This document shows positions 17,390-31,499 of a stretch of 64,000 nt of DNA, one piece after another. The notes beneath the pieces are model-generated. The model was not told the origin of the DNA. It ran no database searches and worked only from the letters and a program-made list of their open reading frames with translations. Position 1 is the stretch's first letter, and each line of letters opens with the position of its first letter. This DNA is from the human T2T-CHM13v2.0 reference genome, Homo sapiens: the NCBI RefSeq assembly GCF_009914755.1, contig NC_060935.1. One strand, given 5' to 3'. The translations under genes and the position numbers were made by a program.

Positions 17390-18600
17390 AAGAGCAAGAG
17401 ATCACAGAGGTTAGTGAGTTCAGAATAATTTTTCATTAGCAGGCAGTAGAGATTCCTTTAGAGGGCCTACTTTAAAAAAAAGTCATTCTGTCTTTTAGAA
17501 ACCTCTGTATACTAATAAAAATGTATCTCATTGTTTCTGAGGCCTTCAAGATCCTCCCCTTTTTTTCTAATGCACACATAAATGAATCTTTCTTTTTTGT
17601 TTTTTTGAGACAGGGTCTTGCTCTTTGCCCAGGCTGCAGTACAGTGGCACAAACACAGCTCACTGCAGCCTCGACCTCCTGGGCTCAAGTGATCCTCTCA
17701 TCTCAGCCTCCTAAGTAGCTGGGACTACAGGGGCACACCACCACACCCAGCTAATTTTTGTATTTTTTGTAGAGACAGGGTTTCACCATGTTGCCCAGGC
17801 TGGTCTCAAATTCCTGAGCTCAAGCGATCTACCTGCCTCGGCCTCCCAAAGTGCTGGTATTACAGGCATGAGTCACTGCACTCAGCCCAAATAAAATCTC
17901 ATCTAGAATAAAACTTCCCCATTGTGGTTGCTGTCATTCTGCTAATCTTCCTGAGGTATACCTGTTTCTCTAGAAAGGCACAGGTTCTGGGCCCATAATT
18001 TCTGAACATAAAATTAGCTGGAGTTCTAGATGGAGGAGTCCTAGACTCCTTAGATTCTGACAATCTAAATTCTGTCCTAAAATTGTGCTTTCCTGAGGTC
18101 TCCAGCTAGATCCAGTTCAGTTCCTGTTGAACACCCAGTTTGATTTCTGGATTCCAGTCTGGATTCCAGATGTAGACTGAATACAATCCAGTTCCTGTCA
18201 AACATCCAGGTCAACCCTTGGATCCAATCATAAATAAAATTACTTGAATTCAGAGAGTTCAGGATGCAAATTGCAGAGGCAGAAATCCAAGAGGGACTTA
18301 TCTGGGACCTCCAGAAGCTGTGAGAAAGCAGGGAGCTCAAGGGGCTCCGTGGGTACCTTTTGCCTGGTTCCTTGATGTTCCCGGAGGCCCTCTGCTGCCA
18401 TTAGCCAGAGAAGTTTCTCTGCTTTTAAGGGCTCATGTTATTCAATTATGACTACCCAGATCATCTTATCTCTGTCTCTGAGGATCAGCTATGCCATATA
18501 ACGAAACACAGTCATGGAAGTAAAATCTCATCACATTCAGTTTCCATGCATTGGATGTGGAATCTCAGGAGGCTATTTTTAGAATTCTGCTACCACTCCC
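17390..18600 (-). mobile_element. ERV1 MER4-group internal remnant (about 17390-18380, with an AluJ) followed by an MLT1 remnant (about 18390-18600)
   Basis: Leader-like repeats (tccagtctggattccag...) typical of MER4-int, then MLT1-like gcttttaagggctcatg. Confidence 0.5.
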
Positions 18601-19246
18601 ACTTTCTGATATGACTATTTTATATTAGCTCTTTTTATCAAACTTTCCCCCGCCTCCTCTCCATATTCCCACCATCTCATTCGGCTGATGACTTTGCCAT
18701 ATACTTCCTTGAGAAAGGAGAGAACACTTATATGCAAAGCCAAGAAACTTCAACTTCACAAAATTTCCACTTCCTTACCCATCTTCTTTAACTTTTTTTT
18801 AAATAACTTTTTTTTTTTTTTTTTTTTGGTAGAGATGTGGTCCTGCTATGTTGCCCAGGCTGGTCTCAAACTTCTGGCCTCAAGTGATCATCCCATCTCA
18901 ACTTCCCAAAGTGCTGGGATTATAGGCATGAGCTGCTGCACCCACCTTTCTTTGCCTTTAATTCTAGCTCTTGCCTTTCCAAAGACTCTAATTCTTCGCT
19001 TTCTTCTCCCTCTTATTCATCAGTCTTTCCCTGTCTCCAGGCATCATCGCCATCAACATACAGCCATACTCCAGGATTGCCCATCTTCAACATAAACGGA
19101 CTCTCCTGGACTCCACTTCCCACATCAGTCACAGCCACACTTCCTGAGAAAGAAGTCTACACTCTTCATTCACTTTCATTCACCCACTTCCAACCTGGCT
19201 CCTGTTACCACTGGACCGTCAAAAGTGACTCTTGTCAAAGTCACTA

Positions 19247-19772
19247 TTCTGGCTACCTATTGCTGTGTAATAACCTCCTCAAAATTTAGTATCTTTAAAA
19301 AACAATTTATTATGTCTCATACTTCTGTGGTTGACTGGGCTCAGCTGGGAAATTCTTCTTGGGGTCTGTTTCTCATGAGGTTGCAGTCAACAGCTGGGAC
19401 TGGAGTCGTCTGAAGCCTCAGCTGAGCTGGACATCCAAGATGGCTCACTCACATGGCTGGCAGTGGATGGTGGCTGTTGGGTGGGAGCTTAGCTTGTGCT
19501 GGCAACTTGAGTGCCTATATGTGGCCACTCTGTGTGGCTTGGGCTTCTCAGAATGGCAGCTGGGTTCCAGGAGGGAGTGTCCCAGGAGTGAGCATTCCAG
19601 GAGAACCAGGTGGAAGCTGCAAGACTTCTTATGAGCCAGGCTTGGAAGTCATGCCATGTGACTTCTACTATATACTGTTGGTCATAAGCAAGACAAGGCC
19701 ATGCCAGATTCAACAGAAGGGATTACCCAGGGGCCCAGTTTACATAGGAGGCCATCTTTGGAGACTAGCTAC
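19247..19772 (-). mobile_element. MLT1 (MaLR) LTR within L2 remnants
   Basis: ctattgctgtgtaataacctcctcaaaatttagt...gccatctttggagactagctacca, typical MLT1 termini. Confidence 0.75.
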
Positions 19773-21129
19773 CATAGTCACCAGCGCATTGGTCCTCATC
19801 TTACTTGACTTCATAGCAGTTGACCCAGTTGATCACTGTTTTTCAAAACTCTCCCTTCTTTGGCTCCACAGACCCCTGGATTTCCTCTTTCTTCACTGAC
19901 TGCTCTTTAATCTCTTTTGCACCCTCAAAAGCCTAAATATTGGACTGTCTCAGATTCTACTCTGGGTCTAGAATTATAGAATTATTCCTCTGTCATGTCT
20001 GCCTGCATGATCTTACTCGTCCCATGGTCGATGTCTACCATCCAAATAAAATTTCCAGCATACTTTTGTTTCTAGCCTGGACCTCTTACCTCTTGCTCAG
20101 GACTGGGATATCCAGCTGTTTTCTTGATGCTTCCATTTGGATGTCTAATGGGCATCACAGATTTAATATATCTGCTTTCCCACCTCAATGCTTCCCCAGC
20201 CTTTTCTTTCTCAACAGATGTCGTCATCATCCACTTGTTCAAACAAGAGCCCAAGGATCATCCTAGATTCCTTCTCACTTCCTCTCAATCCATCCCTGAA
20301 ACAGCCAAACCACCAGTAAGCAAGTCCTGTGGGGTTTTTTTTTTTTTTTGCCAAACATTTAAGGTATTTCTTTAGATATATTTGATTTATATTGTTTAGC
20401 AAACCAATACATTTATAGTGACAAAAAAGTATTACTAGTTTTATAATATAAAAGCAGTCTGTTACCCCATCCTAAATTCTTACTCCCCAAAGCAACCCTC
20501 TCAACTCTAGCTATTTCTTCTGCTATTTACTTCTATGTTTAAAAATTTCTCTCATATATATGTATATATATATATAAAGTGTATATATATAAAGTATGTA
20601 ACATATAAAAGTATATAAAGTATATTTTATACATATAGAACTATTTCTTGATTTTTTTTTCAGTGTTAAGTAGGATCTATTGACATTTCTTTTTTTTTTT
20701 TTTTTGAGGTGGAGTTTCGCTCTTGTTGTCCAGGCTGGAGTGCAGTGGCATGGTCTCAGCTCACTGCAACCAAAGCTCCCGGGTTCAAGTGATTCTCCTG
20801 CCTCAGCCTCCTGAGTAGCTGGGATTACAGGCATGTGCCACCACACCCAGCTAATTTTTGTATTTTTAGTAGAGATGGGGTTTCACCATGTTGGCCAGGC
20901 TGGTCTCAAACACCTGACCTCAAGTGATCCACCTGCCTTGACCTCTCAAAGTGCTGGGATTACAGGTGTGAACCACCATGCCCAGCCTCTGTTGACTTTC
21001 AACTATGGAAAATGTGGTTTTAGCTTTCTTATATGCCCATTTTCTCCTTCACCAAATACATACACTTAACCTTTTCCCATCCTCCAATATATCGTCATCA
21101 TAATTTTTGGTTAAAATCCCTATTTAGTG

Positions 21130-21500
21130 TTACCTTAGTCCATTCATACTGCTATGACAAAATACCACAGACTGGGCAGCTTATAAACAACAGAAATTTA
21201 TTTCTCAGAGTTCTAGAGGCTGGGAAGTCTAAGCTCTAGGTGCTGCAGACTTAGTACCTGTTGAGGGCCCACTTTCTGATTTATAGACAGCGTCTTCTTG
21301 CTGTGGCCTCATGTAGTGGAAGGAGTATGGGATCTCTGTGGGGCCTCTTTTATAAGGAGACTAATCTCATTCATTAGGGGTTCACCCTGATGACCTAATC
21401 ACCTCCCAAAGAGCCCACCTCCAAATATCATCACCTTGGGGTTTAGGATTTCAAAAGATGAATTTTGAATTTTGAGTGACACAAACATTCAGACCAAAGG
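21130..21500 (-). mobile_element. MLT1A-type LTR
   Basis: cttagtccattcatactgctatgacaaaataccacagactggg...acacaaacattcagacc. Confidence 0.8.
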
Positions 21501-23869
21501 GAATGTTTATATCAGTATGACTACGTAAATATTATTCACAGTAAATCCATCTAACCTGTTATGAGCATTCTTTTCTCCTCCCTCTGGAGTTAAATATTTG
21601 CCATCTTTTTTTTTTTTTGGGTTGTGTTGAAAATTTAAAATATTTAAAAATATTTAAAGTAAATTATAGGTTTACAAGAAATTGCATAAATAGTACAGAG
21701 AGGTCTTGTCTGTACCCTTGGGGTGCAGAGGTTAGAGGTCTCATGTACCCTTCACCCAGTTTCCCCCAATGGCAACATTTTGTATAATTGGAGTACAGTA
21801 TCAAAACTGGAAATTGATATTGGTAAAATCCACAGACCTTATTTAGATTTCCCCAGTCCTCTCTGTTTTAACTCTAAACGTATCTTGAAGTCACCGCTTC
21901 TGTCTATCTTAACCACTACAACTTTTGTCAAAGTTGCTGTCATCTATTTTAGGACCATGGCAATGTCCTCCTGATTTCTTGTTCTACTGTCATTCTCCTT
22001 TATGTTTCTACAGAGCAGCAAGAGGGATCTTATAAAAATATGACCAGATCACATCCTTCAACACTTCCCTGTTACCCTTACAATAAAATTCAAACTCTTC
22101 ACCATGACCTCCAAGGCTCCTATTGAATCCGGCTCTTGTCTGCCTCTTCAGTAACATCATGGACCACTCCTTACCATTCCCTCCATCTGGCTGTGCTTCC
22201 TGCAGCTCTTCCAATGGCTGGCTTGTTCTCACCTTTGAAGTCTCAGCTCAAAGGACACTCCCTTGGGCTCTCCCTCATCACCCTAACTAATAGGTCACTT
22301 AATATTGTTATTATTTTTTAGAGACAAAGTCTCACTATGTCACCCAGGCTTGCCTCAAACTCCTGGGCTCAAGCAATTCTCCCACCTTGGCCTCTCAAAG
22401 TTCTAGGATTACAGGCGTGAGCCACTATGCCTGGCTATGTCACTTATTATTCTTTATTATCTTCTATATATAAATGATCCCAATCTATAATTATTTGATT
22501 TATTGATTGGTTTACTTGCTTAATATCCAACTCCCATACTAGAATATAAATGTTATAGAACAAGAGATTGTCTGTACCATCCACTGTTCTAGTCTCATTA
22601 CCCCACATAAGGCCTGGCATGGAGTGTGCACCTAATAAATGTTTGAATAAATATTGACTGGATCAGGGATTCTTCTGATGGGCCTGTGTGCTCTAAGAGC
22701 TGTTATATCCACCAGCAGTTGTGTGTTAACCTAGAGAGGAGCTAAGTCCTGTCCTCAGACTGAACCCACGATGGCTTCCTCTCCCTTTTCCCTGGTTTTG
22801 CAGAGTATAGAAGAAATAACATAAAATTTCTTTTTTTGCAATTAGTTTGCAAAATAGTAGAGGCTGCTTTTTGCACTCTTACTCATGACTCCTCCTCTGG
22901 GAAGCCGCTGTCGCCTGGCAAAAGGGCCCTACATATGTGTTCCCACAGCACTTTGATAAGGTGTAATTTATATTCAATGAAATTCACCTATTTTAAGTGC
23001 ACAGTTTGATGAGTTTTGATAAAGGTAACCACTCCAAAGAGTTTCCTGGTGCCTTGGCTTCTTCTATTTCTTTAATATCGTGATAAAATACACTGAATAT
23101 AAAATTTACCATCTCAGCCACCTTTAAGTGTACGATTCAGGCTGGGTGTGGTGGCTCACACCTGCAATCCCAGCACTTTGGGAGGCTGAGGGGGGAGGAT
23201 CACTTCAGCCCAGGAGTTTGAAACCAGCCTGGGCAACATAGTGAAACCCCACCTCTATTTTTAAAAAAGTATACGGTTCAGTGGCATTATGTACATTTGC
23301 ACTGTTGTGCTGCCATCGCCACCACCCATCCATGGAACTGTTTTCATCTTGCAAATCCAAAACTCTGTGCCCATTAAACAATAACTCCCCATTCCCTTTC
23401 CCCACAGCTCCTGGCAACCACCATTCTATTTTCTATCTCTATTAATTTGACCTTTGGCTTCTTTTAAAAAGTTGTGGTTAAAAAGTTATAAATTACAATC
23501 TTAACCATTTTTAAGTGTAAGATTCAGCAGTGTTAAGTAGCAGCTTTTTTTTTTTTTTTTTTTTTTTGAAGACAGGGTCTCATTCTGTTACCCTGGAGTG
23601 TGGTGGTGTGATCTTGGCTCACTGAAGCCTCAAACTCCCAGGCTCAATCAATCCTCCCACCTCAGCTACCTGAGTAGCTGAGACTACAGACATGTGCCAT
23701 CATGCCCAGCTAATTTTTGTATTTTTTGTAGAGATGGGGTTTTGCCACCTTGCCCAGGCTCACCTTGAACTCCTGGGCTCAAGCAATCCACCCGCCACAG
23801 CCTCCCAAAGTGCTGAGATTACAGGCGTTAGCCACTGTGCTGGGCCTGCAGTTTCTTTTTAAGGTAGTT

Positions 23870-24310
23870 TTAGGTTTAGTTAGCGATGAATGCAGAAAAG
23901 CCCAAATAACAGTCACTTAAATAAGGTTGTCCACGGCTTCCCTGACAGCTCCACCATCATGGAGGACTCAGGCTCCTATCTTGTGCTTTGTCATTTGTAA
24001 CACACAACTTCCATCTATCTCATAGTACAAAATAGCTGCTCCAGTTCCAGCCATCACCTCCACATTCCAGCTAGCATAAGGTGAAAGTGGGAGAAAGGCA
24101 CACTTTCTCTCTTTTAGAGCTCTTCACAGAAATTACACATACTATTTTGTGCTTATATCCCATTGGACAGAACTTAATCACATAGGCCCATCTCACTGCA
24201 ATGGAACTGGGAAATAGTCTTTCTTCTGGATCACACATTTCAGTTCTAGTTTATGGGTCCCATTGCTGAGAAGGAAGAGGATAATGCATGTTGGGGAACC
24301 CCCACTGGTG
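23870..24310 (-). mobile_element. MLT1J-type LTR
   Basis: gctgctccagttccagccatcacctccacattccag...ccattggacagaacttaatcacat. Confidence 0.65.
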
Positions 24311-24525
24311 TCTTCCACAACTTCCCCTCCTCATAGTGCTGATCACTGCACTGAAATTGATTCCTCCCTCTTATTGGACTGTGGACCCCTTCAGTTAGGG
24401 GCTTGTGTCTTTTATAGCTTAGCACAGAGCCAGGTGCATTTAGATGCTTAATGTTTGTTGTACAAATACATGATTTCAGCCCAGTCAGCTTATTTTAAGA
24501 ATTATTGTTTTTATTATTTTTTTGA

Positions 24526-24837
<312 letters not shown>

Positions 24838-25042
24838 TAGTAGAGACAGGGTTTCTGCATGTTGGCCAGGATGGTCTCAAACTCCTGACCTCAAGTGATC
24901 CACCTGCCTTGGCCTCCCAAAGTGCTGGGATTACAGGCGTGAGTCACCACACTCTAATTTTAAGACTTACTGAAGTGAAACCCTAAAGGGGGAAGAGGCT
25001 AGAGTCCTCTAGTCCATGTTCTCACCAAATTCAGGAAACTGC

Positions 25043-25048
25043 TTTATT
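25043..25048 (-). terminator. THY1: THY1 distal polyadenylation signal AATAAA
   Basis: tttatt on plus at the boundary between unique 3' sequence and Alu-rich DNA. Confidence 0.6.
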
Positions 25049-25925
25049 GCAAACTTGACAGGTGGCCTCCACCTGGCCACGCCACTGCCAGGCACTCCCC
25101 GCCTGCACTGCTGGGCACCTCCAGCCATCACAGCCCCTTCCTGGTGCAGAGCCACACTTGGCCTCCATGAAGCTGCCACATTGGTCCTACCCACCCTCCA
25201 TATGATGTGTCTACATCTACAGGTCCCACTGACCCCAGCTCTTCCTTGTGCCGGGCAAAGATGCCTCCTGTGGGTCTGCACAGGACATGTTTCTCCTTGA
25301 GTGTGTTGGGGACATTCCAGGCCTGAGAGTGTCCTGAGGCTGAGAGCCCCTGTTGAGCAGAAGAGAGCTGATGGCCCTCTTGCCTGGCCAGGACTCTCTG
25401 AAGGACTCCAGCTCCAACATTTTCTCACTAGTAAATGAGATGATTTACTCTTGACTTGGGTTTGTTTGTTTCACATGTAAAGACACCTTCACAGCACGAA
25501 AGCTGCAGATTCAGAGAGGGACATCAGGTTGAGGAGGCGGGAGGGATGTGTGTCACAGGTCCCCGGACGCTGTGTAGATTTCTTGGTTGGCCAGTGAAAG
25601 TCCCCACATCTCACGGAGATCCCCATGCCCTTCCCGAGGAAGCCTCTAGATGTCAGAGATGCAGACATTGCGCGTCTCAGTGGACAATCCAGTCCAGAAA
25701 TGGGGGTGCAGAGAGGGGCTTCTGTTGCTCTTGAGCGGGAATTCCACGGCCCTAGGTATGGACTTAGGTGCTGAAGGGGGGGGACCCAGGAAAGAGGTTA
25801 GGACTGGCGAGGGAGTGGATGGGGATGGGGTTGGGGCATGTGTACAGGAACCAGGGCTGGGGGCCAGCCCTCTATAATTACCTGAGTCACCACAGATACC
25901 CCACAGCCTCCACAAGGCCTGCTGA

Positions 25926-26301
<376 letters not shown>

Positions 26302-27738
26302 GGGTAGGTTTGCGTTGTGAGGCCTGATGCCCTGTTCTTCTCTTCTCCTTTCCGAAGTCCGTGGCCCTCTGGTGGCCTCTGTGGCTTCTTGAGCTAATCT
26401 CACCCACTGTGGGCCTCAGGTTCCGCTCCCCTAAACATGGCTGCAGAGGGCAACACCATCTCCCAGCACCCTTCTAAGAGTGTGGCTGCTAAACTCTTCA
26501 GGGACATAGTACTAGAGTGTGACAAAGACCCCATAGGAAGTGTCACACAGGTGCGAGGCTTCACACAGTGCCGCTCATTTCCTTCCAGAAATACCTCCAT
26601 ACTCTTTTACTATCCTGAGGGTGGGGCACCCCACATTTCTCTGGCATTTGATCTCCCTTCCCCCACAGCAGCTCTTCTCACCAAGATGCCTTTCCTTGGC
26701 ACGGCGCTTGCAGCCCAAGCAGGGCTGAAGGAGAGGGGCCTGAGTCTCAGGGGTGTTCCTCCCCTTGGAGAGCTCTGGGCTGGCAGCATCTTGCTAAGGG
26801 GTTGTCAGCCTCCCAACCTGGGACAAGGACAGCTCCTCCTCCTCTGTGTATGGTAACTACAGGGGTGGAAGGCAAGGCAGAGAAGTTGACGGGAGGTAGC
26901 AAGAGTGGGAGCCGGTGGCATAATTTAGATCTGAGGCCTTTAAGAAAAATGCTCAGAAACAATCATCCTACCCAGTGCTAAATATCAGATGAGTCAGCCT
27001 CTGGGCAGCTGTCACCTTCCTCCCCCAAATTCCCTGGCAAAGCAGGGAGGCTGGCTTGGGGCTGCCTCTCTGACTCTGACAGCAGTTGGAACCCACAGCT
27101 ACCCTGCGGTCCCCCTCTTGCCCCCAATCCCAGGATGCTCGCTTCCATTTTACTCTACTTTTAGGGAAGGAGCCAGGGATGGGCCTCAGTGTTCCCTCCC
27201 TACTCCCGAAGGGACAGTATTTGTCCCCAGTCCTTTCTCCTGCCGATGCTTTTGGATTTAGGAAGTGATGCCTTGAGGACATGGGCATCTCCCACCCTTC
27301 GTGCTCACCCTCGCAATAGTGGATGTGCCTGGAGGGTACATTTCTGAAGAACTACCAGAGCTGAGAAGAAAAAGCAGACTGCATAGCTTAGCGCAGATTC
27401 ACGCAAAGCCACTTGTGCATTCCAGAGCCAGGGCCATGTGGTTCGGCCCACATGTTGGCAGTAAGCATGTTGTTCCAGCCAGGTGAGTCAGCAGACATGG
27501 GATGTTCGTTTATTTGGGCAAATGTGTCTCGTTAGGGTCATTCTGAAAAGAAGCCCAGTGTGCAGTCATTAGCCCCTGGGGTAGCGTTGCTACTAAGTGG
27601 TTGGGGAGAAGTCAGGGAAGAGGAAGAGGTGGCGTTCCCCAGCCTCACCCGTGGAGACCCCAGCGAAGCGGGGGCAGGCAGGCACTGCTGGAGGAGCGAA
27701 GGCCAGGTGGACACGAGGACAGATTCCAGAGGCTTGGT

Positions 27739-27744
27739 TTTATT
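27739..27744 (-). terminator. THY1: THY1 polyadenylation signal AATAAA
   Basis: tttatt on plus; followed on minus by ...CCTCTGGAATCTGTCCTCGTGTCC (GU-containing downstream sequence). Confidence 0.75.
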
Positions 27745-28950
27745 GTGCAGTTTTCTTTGTCCTCAATGAGATGCCATAAGCTGTGGTGGCACTATACACA
27801 GTCACAGAACAGGAAGAACCACCGGGTGGGGGCTGGGGGTTGGGAAAAGCCATTTCCTGAGAAGTGTCCGGCTCCTGGGTCTCACTCCATGGCTTGCCTC
27901 AGGCCCCGCAGAAGTCCCTGAGAAGGCAGGCCTGCGGGGCAGGGGGCTGTCTGAGGGGCTCAGGCACCAGCCAGCAGGGGCTGGCACTGATGGGCGAGGG
28001 GAGGAAGTGCCTCCCTTAGAAACTTGGGCCAAACCCTGTGCAGCTCTGGGACTCCACCCCACCTGACTTGGAGGCTGTGGGTCAGAGCTCTGGAAGCTCT
28101 TGGGAGCTTGGGACAGCCTGAGAGGGTCTTGTCCTCCTTTGTAGCCCTCTCCACTGTGGGTGGAGGCAGGGAGGGGCAGCAGGGCCATGCTTTTAGCTTC
28201 CTTAGGCAGGGAGGGATGATGAACCCTCATCCTTTACCTCCTTCTCCAACCCTCCACTAGCGCTGCTTTCCTGGTCAAACCTGCATCTTCACTGGGTCAT
28301 GCCCCAAGGCCTCTGAGGGACTTCCACAGTGGTAAGGAGGGCTGCCCTTTTTATTTTTTTTTGGTTGTGGCTGAGAATGCTGGAGATGCTCAGTTCTCTC
28401 CCTCACAAGGTAGGCCACAAATTCTTGGTGGTGCCCTCACATCTGGGGTCTTCAGGCACCAGCCATGCCTGCCGAGGAGTGCTGTCAGGACAGACCATGT
28501 CCGTGCTAGGCCCAGGCACAGCCCAACCACTCCTCATCCAAGTCTCTCCCAGGTTTCTGGTCCCGATGGGCAAGGATGACCCCTCCAGTGGCTGGTACCC
28601 CACCATCCCACTACCCCTCACATGCTCTCACTCTCCATCAGGTCCCCAATCCTGGCTTCCCTCTTCACGAACTCTCAAAGAAAAGGAAGGATAAAACCTA
28701 AATAAACCAGACAGAAGCAGCTCTGGAACAAAAAGTACAAAAAGACAGCCAGAGGTGTGCGGAGAGGGTGAGGTGGCCGCGTGGACGTGGGTAGATAATC
28801 GCATGCAGCACTGGAACTCCTGATGAGGGGTGGGGTCCCCACTTCTCCTCAAGGTTTGAGGGATTGCGGGGAGGGGGTCAGCTGACTCAGAGAAGTAGGA
28901 TCTCTGCACTGGAACTTGAGGCTTCCTGTCTCCTCCATGGGCCCCACCAG

Positions 28951-29063
28951 TCACAGGGACATGAAATCCGTGGCCTGGAGGAGGGAGAGGGAGAGCAGGA
29001 GCAGCAGCAGCCACGAGGTGTTCTGAGCCAGCAGGCTGATGCCCTCACACTTGACCAGTTTGT
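28951..29063 (-). CDS. THY1: THY1 coding exon 3: DKLVKCEGISLLAQNTSWLLLLLLSLSLLQATDFMSL*, GPI-anchor signal
   Basis: ctgcAG|ACAAACTG acceptor, TGA at 28951-53; 113 nt; total CDS 37+336+113=486 nt =161 aa; hydrophobic C-terminal GPI signal. Confidence 0.98.
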
Positions 29064-29593
29064 CTGCAGAAAGAGAAGGGGGCCGGGGGCAGGGTAGGAA
29101 GGAAGACGGATCAGGACTCAGGCAGGCACAGGCCCAAAGCAAGGGTGTACTCCCTTTGGGAGGTGGGTACTGCAATGTCTTAGCTGGGACCAGGAACAGC
29201 CCGGTCTCACAGAACCAGCCATCTTTCCCATTTGCAGATTACTGATCTCTTGCACACATATCATCTTATGAAAACCTTACTAAACATCATGACAAGAAAA
29301 CTGGCTGAGGGAGGTGGTGTCATCCCTGTTTTCCCGCTGGGAGAAGGAAGATTAGGGAGGCCAAAGGCCTTGCCCACAGTTCTGGTGGAACCACACTGCT
29401 CTGCCTGTCTGGCCCTGAGCTCTTCACCCCATTCACACCGAAGGCAATGGTTCCCCAGTTGACCAGGCAGCAGTTGGGAGAGGGTGAGAGCGTTATGGGG
29501 CTATTCTCCTCTCTAGTCCAGCCAAGGGAACTGCCTGCTGTCCCCGAGCCTGGCTCTCCCAGCTCACTTGACCTTGTTAGGGGCTTGTCTCAC

Positions 29594-29929
29594 CTCTGAG
29601 CACTGTGACGTTCTGGGAGGAGATGGGTGGGGAATGGCCAGAGTGGTGGAGTGCACACGTGTAGGTGCCCTCGTCCTTGCTAGTGAAGGCGGATAAGTAG
29701 AGGACCTTCATGTTGTATTTGCTGGTGAAGTTGGTTCGGGAGCGGTATGTGTGCTCAGGCACCCCCACAGTGCCAAAGAGCACGTGCTTCTTTGTCTCAC
29801 GGGTCAGGCTGAACTCGTACTGGATGGGTGAACTGCTGGTATTCTCATGGCGGCAGTCCAGACGAAGGCTCTGGTCCACTAGGCAGGCCGTTAGGCTGGT
29901 CACCTTCTGCCCTCGGGAGACCTGCAAGA
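29594..29929 (-). CDS. THY1: THY1 coding exon 2: end of signal peptide and Ig V-type domain (VLQVSRGQKVTSLTACLVDQSLRLDCRHENT...SQNVTVLR)
   Basis: Contained in ORF 29577..29987; AG acceptor at 29930-31 and GTGAGA donor at 29593; 336 nt. Carries the RLD integrin-binding motif (29856-29864) and NxS/T sequons NTS, NFT, NVT. Confidence 0.99.
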
Positions 29930-30411
29930 CTGGCACCAGCAGTGCCTCCTTCAAACTGGAGGGGCCTGCGGCACAGGGGCCTCCCACCCACCTGAAGTGG
30001 AGAGATGGGCCTGGCTAGGGAGGGGACCGGGGTCTGCTCTCTGAGTGCCTTTCCCCACCCCAGGGATCCCACTTCTCCTTTGCAGACCCCAGCCTCCCTC
30101 CCCACTCTGCTTGAGCCTTGGATCCTATCAATGTGTTTCAAGGACAGGAGATCTTAGGGAGTTGATGCTGGTTCCGGGTTCTCAGTTGGGGATTCTAGTT
30201 CAATAGTGTGAAGGAGGGCTCAGCAAACTGTGTTTTCAAAAACCACCTCAGGCCGTCAGAATATCAGCGCGGTGGATTGGCTGACTTCAGGATGAAAAAG
30301 AGCCCTCTCTTTATCACCTGCGCTTTTCTGAGACTGTGAGGGAGAAGCTGCTTCTCTGGAGGGAAGGAAGCCAGGGCGCCTGGAGCCCCAGTCCTGCCCC
30401 ATGCCGGGTAC

Positions 30412-30448
30412 CTGTTAGCAGGAGAGCGATGCTGATGGCCAGGTTCAT
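30412..30448 (-). CDS. THY1: THY1 coding exon 1 (gene exon 2, whole exon 30412-30472): signal peptide MNLAISIALLLT
   Basis: Minus strand reads ccccAG|ATCCAGGACTGAGATCCCAGAACC-ATG AAC CTG GCC ATC AGC ATC GCT CTC CTG CTA ACA G|GTACCC; 37 coding nt, phase-1 GT donor. Confidence 0.98.
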
Positions 30449-31499
30449 GGTTCTGGGATCTCAGTCCTGGATCTGGGGTGGGAACAGGATGGGAATCAGC
30501 CAAGCTGTGCCACACTTACCGCCAGGGCTGGGGGTCCCTGGGAACATGGCATAGTGGCTATGGCAGTCATCTAAGTCCCTCTCTCCATTCCCCCTCTCGT
30601 CCCTGCATCTCACTGAACATGATACTGCCACTGGCTCTTTCCTGCTCAGGGAAAGCAAGGAAGGAGGGAGAACAAGCCCAGTCACGGTGTGTTTCTGCGC
30701 TTGGCCATGGAGCACTTACTAGCTGGGTGACTTTAAGTAACTTTACCACTCTTTCTCCTCTTCTTACATTAACATAGTGTATGGTAATATAAGACCTATG
30801 AGGGCTGAGGCTTCGTATTTAAAAAAAAAATTTAATCGTGGTAAAATACAAAAAGCATAATAATTACTATTTTAACCATTTAAATTCAGTACTTAAATTC
30901 AGTATATTCAGCAGTGCTGGATACATTCACGTTGCTATGCAGCCCATCTCCGGAACTCTTTTTGTCTTTCAAAGTAAAACTCTGTATCTGTTAAACAAAG
31001 ACTCCCCATTTAGGGACTTCCCATTTCCTGTTCAGAAGAAAATCCCCAATGCTCAAAACCGTTTCCGTTTGCAGATTACTGGCATATAGCATACACTCCA
31101 AAGATATTTATTGTGAATGAATGAATGAATCTCTCTGAATCTTACATACCCACCGGGTTATGATGGGGGTTAAGAAAAACAACCAACATCTGGCGATGAC
31201 TGCTTCATATACGTGAGACACAAATCCCTAAGTCACTCGCCATCCCCAGTGGATGGCTAGATACCATTCACCATAGCTAAGGATGCTCCCAGATAGGGAG
31301 CATCTATTCCTATCTGGATAGGACACAAGCTAATCGTGTTCCTGGAGGAGAGAAAGACATAGTGATCTCCGATTGTATGTGAGCCAAGGATGCTTCCCAA
31401 TGTCCAGCTCTCTGGAGTTCCTGGGACTGCAGTTTTCCAGCCCAGTTTCAATAGCCACCCTGGATAGGCTGTCTGCCTGGTCTTTTTTTGTTTTTTGCA

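Noticed and set aside
30262-30285. Possible REST/RE1 site in THY1 intron 2 (atcagcgcggtggattggctg)
   Set aside because: Too many mismatches to TTCAGCACCnnGGACAGCGCC; it is better read as an inverted CCAAT box.
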